Shown: in pieces, positions 57,573 to 64,000 of the stretch | How the letters are laid out: each line of letters opens with the position of its first letter | Position numbering within the stretch: the first letter of the stretch is position 1 | The notes under the pieces: model-generated | Seen by the model: the letters and a program-made list of their open reading frames with translations, nothing else | Told to the model about the DNA's origin: nothing | Database searches by the model: none | Origin: Frankiaceae bacterium | GTDB taxonomy: Bacteria; Actinomycetota; Actinomycetes; Mycobacteriales; SCTD01 | Direction of reading: 5' to 3' | NCBI GenBank assembly: GCA_016650445.1 | Contig: JAENVS010000002.1 | Coordinates: 10,980-74,979, forward strand | Length of the DNA: 64,000 nucleotides | Program-made: the position numbers and the translations under genes

Positions 57573-59423
57573 TCAGCCTCCCAGCTGGTTGCGGACGCCG
57601 TCGACGACGTGCTCGGCACTGAGCGGGAAGCCGCCGTACACGAGGACGGACTTCAGTCTGCTCTGATCGGCACCTGTCTCGAGCACGAGCAGGGAGCGCA
57701 GCTGCGCGTCACGGTTCTGCTCGATGACGAAGCAGGTCTCGTGGGCGTCGAGGAACTCCCGAACCTCGGCCTGGAACGGGAAGGAGCGGATGCGCATGAC
57801 ATCGACGGGGATACCTCCGTCGTCCAGCAGCTCTGCTGCCTCCCGCACGGCCAGGTCGCAGCTGCCCACGGTCACGATGCCGACCCGCGCCTCCGCGCGT
57901 CGCTCGACGGCCGGGCCGGGCATGTGGTCGGCGGCTGCCCTGTGCTTGTGCGCCAGGCGGTCGACGACCTCCTGGTACTTGTCCGGGATCTCGGTGTAGC
58001 CGCCGTACTTGTCGTGACCGGACCCGCGGACGAAATATGCACCGCGGGAGTCCTCGCCCGGGAACGTGCGCGGCGTGACGAAGTCGGCATCCTCGTCGGC
58101 GAAGCGGTGGAACTCCGTCATCAGGTCCAGATCGGCGCTCGTCAGCACCCGCCCGCGGTCGGGGAGGTAGGTGTCGTCCCACGTCAGGGTCGGCACCACC
58201 CAGTCGTTCATGCCGATGTCGAGGTCGGTCAGCACGATCACCGGTGTCTGAAAGCGCTCGGCCAGGTCGAACGCCTGGACAGCGAAGTCGAAGCACTCGG
58301 CCGGGTTCGCCGGGAACAGCAGCAGGTGCTTGGTGTCGCCGTGCGAGGCGTAGGCGCAGGCGAGGATGTCGCCTTGCTGGGTTCGCGTCGGCATCCCTGT
58401 CGAAGGACCGGTCCGCTGGACGTCGATGAGGACGGCGGGGATCTCGGTGTAGTAGCCGAACCCGAGCAGCTCGTTCATCAGCGAGATGCCCGGGCCGGAC
58501 GTGGCGGTGAAGGCCCGTGCGCCGTTCCAGTTGGCGCCGAGCACCATGCCCAGAGCCGCCAGCTCGTCCTCCGCCTGCAGGATCAGGTAGTCGTTGCGGT
58601 AGTCCGTCGTGCCGTCCGGCCGGTGCACGGCCTCGCGGCGGTACGTGCGGCACAGCGAGGTGAAGTTGTCCATGACGGACGTGGACGGGGTGATGGGGTA
58701 CCAGGCCGCGACGGTCGCTCCGGCGTACAGGCATCCGAGGGCCGTCGCGGTGTTGCCGTCGATGAGGATGCTGTCGCGGGTCGCGTCGATCGCGCTGAGG
58801 TGGAAGGGCAAGGGGCAGGCGAGGTGCTCCCGCGCGTAGTCGTAGCCGAGCCGCAGCGCGCGCTGGTTGGCCTCCCGCAGCTTCTCCTTCTTGGCGAAGG
58901 TCTCATCGAGCAGCGTTGAGACGACCTCGAGATCCACGTCGAGCAGTGCGACGAGGACGCCGGCGTAGCAGATGTTCTTCAGCAGCAGCCGCTCACGTGG
59001 CTTGTCGAACGCGTCCACGCACATCTGCGCCAGCGGTACGCCGAGGAAGGTGACGTCCTCGCGGTCGAGGGCCGCGTCGAGCGGCCAGGTCGAGTCGTAG
59101 AGGACGTAGCCACCGCTGCGGACCTCGGTGATGTCGGCGGCGTAGGTCTGGGCGTTCATCGCGACCATGAGGTCGTAGTCGAGCGCCCTCGCGGTCCAGC
59201 CGCTGCCGTTGACGCGGATCTCGTACCAGGTCGGCAACCCCTGGATGTTCGACGGGAACAGGTTCTTGCCCGACACCGGGATGCCCATCCGGAAGATCGC
59301 TCGCATGAGCAGGCCGTTGGCGCTCGCGGAGCCGGTGCCGTTGACGTTGGCGAGCTTGACGGCGAAGTCGTTGACCCGCACCTGCGCCGGGGCAACGTCC
59401 TGCGCGTTGTCGAGCGTCGTCAT
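57573..59423 (-). CDS. 2-oxoacid:acceptor oxidoreductase alpha subunit
   Basis: NVNGTGSASAN, FPSNIQG, YPITPS, QAEDE, ATSGPG, VQRTGPSTGMPT. Confidence 0.93.
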   Translation of the reverse strand: MTTLDNAQDVAPAQVRVNDFAVKLANVNGTGSASANGLLMRAIFRMGIPVSGKNLFPSNIQGLPTWYEIRVNGSGWTARALDYDLMVAMNAQTYAADITEVRSGGYVLYDSTWPLDAALDREDVTFLGVPLAQMCVDAFDKPRERLLLKNICYAGVLVALLDVDLEVVSTLLDETFAKKEKLREANQRALRLGYDYAREHLACPLPFHLSAIDATRDSILIDGNTATALGCLYAGATVAAWYPITPSTSVMDNFTSLCRTYRREAVHRPDGTTDYRNDYLILQAEDELAALGMVLGANWNGARAFTATSGPGISLMNELLGFGYYTEIPAVLIDVQRTGPSTGMPTRTQQGDILACAYASHGDTKHLLLFPANPAECFDFAVQAFDLAERFQTPVIVLTDLDIGMNDWVVPTLTWDDTYLPDRGRVLTSADLDLMTEFHRFADEDADFVTPRTFPGEDSRGAYFVRGSGHDKYGGYTEIPDKYQEVVDRLAHKHRAAADHMPGPAVERRAEARVGIVTVGSCDLAVREAAELLDDGGIPVDVMRIRSFPFQAEVREFLDAHETCFVIEQNRDAQLRSLLVLETGADQSRLKSVLVYGGFPLSAEHVVDGVRNQLGG

Positions 59424-61210
59424 GAGCCGTTCCCGTTCGAGCAGGGCTTTCCGGCGTACGGGAGAATGAGGTCGAAGCGCTGCATGTCCCAGGCGGCGGT
59501 GGGACAGCGCTCGGCGCACAGGCCGCAGTGCACGCAGAGGTTCTCGTCCTTGACCATGACCCGCGCGGTCTGGGGGAGGTCCTCGGAGACGAACAAGCCC
59601 TGGTCCGGGTTGAGCCGTGGTGCCTTGAGGCGAAGGGAGAGCTCGGCCTCCTCGCCGTCGGCCGTCATGGTCAGGCACTCGACGGGGCAGATGTCGATGC
59701 ACGCGTCACACTCGATGCACAGCGAGGTGTTGAAGACCGTCTGTATATCGCAGTTCAGGCAGCGCTGCACCTCACGTACGGTCTGCTCGACGGTGAACCC
59801 GAGCTCGACCTCCAGGCCGATGTCCTTGAAGCGCTTGGTGAGCTCGACGTGCTCCATCTTCTGGCGGCCCGCTGGGTTGTAGTCGTTGTGGTAGCTCCAC
59901 TCGCTGAGCCCCATCTTCGCGCTGATGAGGTTCATGCCTTCCTCGAGCCGATCGGTGAGCGGCCGGTCCTCGCAGCGGTTGTGGATGGAGATCGCGGCCT
60001 GGTGCGCGTGCGCGACGGCCCAGATGATGTTCTTCGGCCCGAAGGCCGAGTCACCGCCGAAGAAGACGCCGGGCAGCGTCGACTCCATCGTTGTCTCGTT
60101 GACGACCGGCACGTCCCAGTCGCCGAACTCGAGCCCGACGTCCCGCTCGATCCACGGGAAGGCGTTCTCCTGGCCGATCGCGAGGATGACATCGGTGCAC
60201 GGGAGTACGACGGTGTCGACCCGGCGCGACTTCGTCGCGTTCTCGTCCCACTCGAGCACCTCGAACTCCACGCCGGTCAGTCGGCCGTCCTCGACGATGA
60301 AGCGGGTCGGGGAGTGGTTGATGAGGATCTCGACGCCTTCCTCCTCGGCGTCGTCGAGCTCCCACGGCGAGGCTTTGAAGAAGCGCCTCGGCCGACGCGC
60401 GATAACCGTGATGTCCTTGCCACCGAGTCGGAGCGAGGAGCGGCAGCAGTCCATCGCCGTGTTGCCGACGCCGATGATGATCACCTGCTCACCGACCGAG
60501 GTGATGTGCTCGAACGCGATGGACTCGAGCCAGTCGATCCCGATGTGGATGCGCGAGTCGCCGGTCTCGTCCCAGCGGCCGGGCAGGTCGAGCTCCTTCC
60601 CGCGGGGTGCGCCGGTGCCGACGAAGACGGCGTCGTATCCCTCCTTGAGCAGCGCGCCGAGGCTCTCGACCGGCGTGCCGTAGCGGATGTCGACGCCCAT
60701 GTCGAGGATGACCTGGGTCTCCTCGTCGAGCACCTCGGCGGGCAGCCGGAAGGCCGGGATGTTGGTGCGCATGAGGCCACCGGCCTTCTCGAACTGCTCG
60801 TAGATCGTCACCGAGTAGCCGAGCGGCAGCAGGTCGTTGGCGACGGTGAGCGAGGCCGGGCCCGCGCCGACGCAGGCGATCCGCTTGCCGTTGCCCTGCT
60901 CCGGCGCCCGAGGGAGGCGATCGCTGATGTCGCCGCGCAGGTCGGCGGCGACCCGCTTGAGCCGGCAGATCGCGACCGGCTCCCCGTCGATGCGCTCGCG
61001 GCGGCAGGCCGGCTCGCAGGGCCGGTCGCACGTCCGGCCGAGGATCGCCGGGAAGACGTTGGACTCCCGGTTGACCATGTACGCGTCGTCGAAGCGGCCC
61101 TGGGCGATCAGCCGGATGTACTCGGGGACGTTCGTGTGCGCCGGGCAGGCGTACTGGCAGTCCACGACCTGGTGGAAGTAGTCCGGATCCCCGACGTCCG
61201 TTGGTTTCAC
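59420..61210 (-). CDS. GltD-like FAD/Fe-S NAD(P)H oxidoreductase with C-terminal 2[4Fe-4S] ferredoxin
   Basis: CQYACP, GRTCDRPCEPAC, GAGPAS, GVGNTAMDC, CIECDACIDICP, CVHCGLCAERCP. Confidence 0.9.
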   Translation of the reverse strand: MKPTDVGDPDYFHQVVDCQYACPAHTNVPEYIRLIAQGRFDDAYMVNRESNVFPAILGRTCDRPCEPACRRERIDGEPVAICRLKRVAADLRGDISDRLPRAPEQGNGKRIACVGAGPASLTVANDLLPLGYSVTIYEQFEKAGGLMRTNIPAFRLPAEVLDEETQVILDMGVDIRYGTPVESLGALLKEGYDAVFVGTGAPRGKELDLPGRWDETGDSRIHIGIDWLESIAFEHITSVGEQVIIIGVGNTAMDCCRSSLRLGGKDITVIARRPRRFFKASPWELDDAEEEGVEILINHSPTRFIVEDGRLTGVEFEVLEWDENATKSRRVDTVVLPCTDVILAIGQENAFPWIERDVGLEFGDWDVPVVNETTMESTLPGVFFGGDSAFGPKNIIWAVAHAHQAAISIHNRCEDRPLTDRLEEGMNLISAKMGLSEWSYHNDYNPAGRQKMEHVELTKRFKDIGLEVELGFTVEQTVREVQRCLNCDIQTVFNTSLCIECDACIDICPVECLTMTADGEEAELSLRLKAPRLNPDQGLFVSEDLPQTARVMVKDENLCVHCGLCAERCPTAAWDMQRFDLILPYAGKPCSNGNGS

Positions 61211-61295
61211 GTGGCTATCATTGACCCTGACGCCGCCGAGCGCGGGAAGTCACCCGAAACCGGTACCCGTCCGTGTCGTGACGCAAGATGTCACG

Positions 61296-62864
61296 GTGAG
61301 ACGCCACCCCCTGTCCGCCATCGTGATCTTCCTCGCCGCGTTCAGCACGGCATGCGCGGGGAGCTCGAGCCCGGACGCGGCGTCGCCGGCCCCGACCGCT
61401 CCTTCGCCGACCGTGTCTGAGGCGGCGTCACCGGTCGCGTCGCCGTCGAGGACGGCAACAGGTTCACCCGGCGTCGCCGTGCCCCAGCCGCCGCCGTTGG
61501 CCTGGGATGGTTGTCGCGACGGGTTCCAGTGCTCCAACCTGACGGTCCCTCTCGACTACGCCAACCCGGCCGCAGGCTCGGTCACGCTGCGGCTCATCCG
61601 GATCCGGGCCAGTCGCCCGGCGCAGCGGGTCGGCTCGCTCGTCGTCAACCCGGGCGGGCCCGGGGTGTCGGCGGTCGACTTCCTGCGCGGCTTCGCCAAG
61701 GGCTCGGCGCCGGCGTCCGTCCGGCAGCGGTTCGACCTCGTCGCCTTCGACCCTCGAGGGACGACCGGCAGCTCGCCCGTCCACTGCGCGACGACCGCCG
61801 AGTTCGACCGCTTCGTGCACGTCGACCCCGATCCCGACAACGCGCAGGAGATCGATGCGCTGGTCGCCGCCAACCGCAGCTTCGACGCGGGCTGCCAGCG
61901 ACGGTCCGGCCGGATCCTGCCGCACATGTCGACGGCGGTCGCCGCCCGAGACATGGAGAGCCTGCGGGCCGCGCTGCGCGAGCCGAAGCTCACCTACCTG
62001 GGCTACTCCTACGGGACTTCGCTGGGCGCCGCCTACCTCGACCAGTTCCCCACCCACGTCAGGGCGATGGTGCTGGACGGCGCCCTGGACCCCCGCTCGA
62101 CCTGGGAGCAGCTCCTCGCCGGACAGGCTCGCGGCTTCGACCAGGCGCTCGGGTCTTTCCTGTCCTGGTGCGACAAGCACCGCTCGCAGTGCGAGTTCCG
62201 GGAGGCCGTCAGCGGAGACCTCGGTGCTGCTTTCGACGCACTGCGCGACCGGGTGGAGGGCGAGCCGCTGCCTGGGGACGGCAAGCGGGACGTGGGGCCG
62301 GGTGAGTTCTCGTACGGCACCGGTCAGGCGCTCTACAGCACCAGCTACTGGGAGTTCCTGGGAACGGCGCTCGCCGACGCCCAACAGGGCGACGGCGGCC
62401 TGATCCTGCAGCTGAGCGACATCTACCTCGACCGCACCGAGCGCGGCTACGCCAACACGATCGACGCCAACAACGCCGTCAACTGCATCGACAAGCCGTT
62501 CCCGAAGGACACCGCGGCCTACCAGCAGCTCGCGGAGAAGACGAAGGCCTACGCGCCTCGGTTCGGGCCGGCCATTGCGTGGTCGGGCTCGACCTGCGCC
62601 CTGTGGCCGGTGCCCGCGACCGGCACGCCGCACGCCGTGTCCGGCACCGGGTCGCCGCCGATCGTCGTCATCGGCACCACCCGTGACCCGGCCACTCCCT
62701 ACATCTGGGCGCAGGGCCTGGCCGAGCAGCTCGACAACGGCATCCTGCTGACGCACGTGGGCGACGGGCACACCGCCTACCGGGCCGGTGCGCCGGCCTG
62801 CATCGTCAACCCGGTCAACGCCTACCTGCTCACCGGACGCGCTCCGGCCGAGGCCCGCTGTTAG
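61296..62864 (+). CDS. Lipoprotein alpha/beta hydrolase (TAP-like peptidase)
   Basis: Lipobox STAC; VPLDY, NPGGPG, FDPRG, GYSYG, DPATP, GHTAY. Confidence 0.9.
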   Translation: MRRHPLSAIVIFLAAFSTACAGSSSPDAASPAPTAPSPTVSEAASPVASPSRTATGSPGVAVPQPPPLAWDGCRDGFQCSNLTVPLDYANPAAGSVTLRLIRIRASRPAQRVGSLVVNPGGPGVSAVDFLRGFAKGSAPASVRQRFDLVAFDPRGTTGSSPVHCATTAEFDRFVHVDPDPDNAQEIDALVAANRSFDAGCQRRSGRILPHMSTAVAARDMESLRAALREPKLTYLGYSYGTSLGAAYLDQFPTHVRAMVLDGALDPRSTWEQLLAGQARGFDQALGSFLSWCDKHRSQCEFREAVSGDLGAAFDALRDRVEGEPLPGDGKRDVGPGEFSYGTGQALYSTSYWEFLGTALADAQQGDGGLILQLSDIYLDRTERGYANTIDANNAVNCIDKPFPKDTAAYQQLAEKTKAYAPRFGPAIAWSGSTCALWPVPATGTPHAVSGTGSPPIVVIGTTRDPATPYIWAQGLAEQLDNGILLTHVGDGHTAYRAGAPACIVNPVNAYLLTGRAPAEARC

Positions 62865-63253
62865 CGATCAGCCAGCCGGCGTACGAAGGCCAGTCCCGAC
62901 CAGGTGTCGTCGATCGCGCAGACCTTCACGTCGACGAGTCCCTGTGCCAGGCCGTAGTCACGGACGTCGTTCTCCGACAGGTCGGTCTGCCGGCCGCTCG
63001 CCCGCTTCGGCCAGCACACCCAGAGCCGTCCGGGAACGGTCAGTCGCGAGGCCAGTGGGCCCCAGCGCTGCTCCAGCCTGCGTCGGTCCGGCGCGAAGAG
63101 CAGAACGATGTCGTACGGCGATGTGCCCGCCCGGCGGTGCGTGTCGACCCCGGCCAGCGCGAAGCCAGCCGGCGCCCCGTCGAGCAGCACCCGGCCGGCG
63201 GGCTTCACCCCGAGCTTGCGTGGCAACGGCGTGCCGCTGTACCCGGCTGTCAC
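62861..63253 (-). CDS. DUF3052-like protein
   Basis: GYSGTPL.RKLG, WVCWPKRASG, GLVDVKVCAID..WSGL. Confidence 0.85.
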   Translation of the reverse strand: MTAGYSGTPLPRKLGVKPAGRVLLDGAPAGFALAGVDTHRRAGTSPYDIVLLFAPDRRRLEQRWGPLASRLTVPGRLWVCWPKRASGRQTDLSENDVRDYGLAQGLVDVKVCAIDDTWSGLAFVRRLADR

Positions 63254-63288
63254 GAGTGGCAGGGTAAGCGGATGCGGCGGACCAAGGC

Positions 63289-64000
63289 GTGAGCAGCACG
63301 AAGCGCCGTCCGAGCGTCCGACGGAAGATCGCGGTCGCGACCTGGCGCGCCTCGAAGGAGGGCCGCCTCTACGCGCGGATGGCCGTCGACGCGACGGCCC
63401 TGCTGGCTTTCTGCGCGGAGCAGCGCGCCCTCACGGGGATCCCCGTGACGCCGGCCGCTGTTGTCGGGCTGGCGTTCCAGCGCGGCGTCGAGCAGGTCCC
63501 GGCCTTCCACAACCGCGTCGTGTTCGGGCGGATCGTGCCGTTCCCGTCGTACGACGTCGCCTTCGCCGTCGACATCGAGGGCGGCGACGACCTCGCGCCG
63601 ACCAAGGTCCGCGACGCGGACAGGAAGACCGTCGCCGAGGTGGGGGCAGAGCTCGTCGCGGGCGCGGAGCGGCTGCGGGCTCGGGCCGACCGCGACTTCC
63701 AGACGACCAACGGCATCGCGCGGCTCGTCCCGTGGTTCCTGCTGCGGCCGCTGCTCGCGCTGGCGTCGCTGCTGAACGGCGGCATCGGCGTCCGGGCCTT
63801 CGGCCAGCCGGCGCACCCACTCGGCTCGCTCTTCGTCACCAACATCGGGTCGTTCGGCCTCGACGAGGGCTATGTCGCGCCGGTGCCGCTCGCGCGGGTG
63901 CCGCTGTACATCTGCGTCGGCGCCGTCTCGGACGCGGCGCTGGTCGTGCACGGCGAGGTGGTGGTCCGCCCGCAGCTCGTCATCACTGCGACCGCCGACC
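63289..64000 (+). CDS. Stand-alone 2-oxoacid dehydrogenase E2 (acyltransferase) catalytic-domain protein, 3'-truncated
   Basis: Open frame missing from the ORF track: RRKIAVATW..., VTNIGSFG, VGAV, ends ITATAD (start of the DHR motif). Confidence 0.75.
   Translation, partial: MSSTKRRPSVRRKIAVATWRASKEGRLYARMAVDATALLAFCAEQRALTGIPVTPAAVVGLAFQRGVEQVPAFHNRVVFGRIVPFPSYDVAFAVDIEGGDDLAPTKVRDADRKTVAEVGAELVAGAERLRARADRDFQTTNGIARLVPWFLLRPLLALASLLNGGIGVRAFGQPAHPLGSLFVTNIGSFGLDEGYVAPVPLARVPLYICVGAVSDAALVVHGEVVVRPQLVITATAD

Noticed and set aside
61250..61265. TCACCCG half-site of the BldM-like box
   Set aside because: Only half the motif; likely by chance at this GC content
7272..61420. Many long antisense or alternate-frame ORFs (e.g. 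7272..8564, 10208..12829, 51701..53389, 56466..58919, 59528..61420)
   Set aside because: Shadow ORFs of well-supported genes caused by high GC; no recognisable motifs

Overview
High-GC actinobacterial chromosome segment (Actinomycetota; a Frankiales/Geodermatophilales/Sporichthyales-like lineage is an inference). The backbone is the conserved rsgA-aroA-SRAP-sigR/rsrA-bL37-biotin carrier-pdtaS-whiB1-DAGK-sigF/rsbW region, followed by sodN/sodX, a polar amino-acid ABC transporter, malic enzyme, kgd, pntAB and a GltD-like/2-oxoacid:ferredoxin oxidoreductase operon. The most striking non-obvious element is at 1.3-6.3 kb. Three tandem sortase-anchored (LPFTG/LAFTG) surface-protein genes each carry a shared BldM/WhiI-like 16-bp box upstream. 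The first two also have a duplicated ~110-nt structured leader with the c-di-GMP-II riboswitch fold (kink-turn plus pseudoknot, covarying pairs). These leaders have altered ligand-pocket bases, a conserved 34-nt inserted hairpin and a conserved RBS-sequestering alternative stem. Other points: three sigma28 (FliA/WhiG)-type promoters (one before pilT), a solo IS607-like TnpB with a PafBC-type promoter, a DUF222-HNH gene with a perfect PafBC promoter, a frameshifted P-loop kinase, and several small proteins. No rRNA, tRNA or CRISPR array was seen. All family assignments are by motif recognition; no database searches were run.
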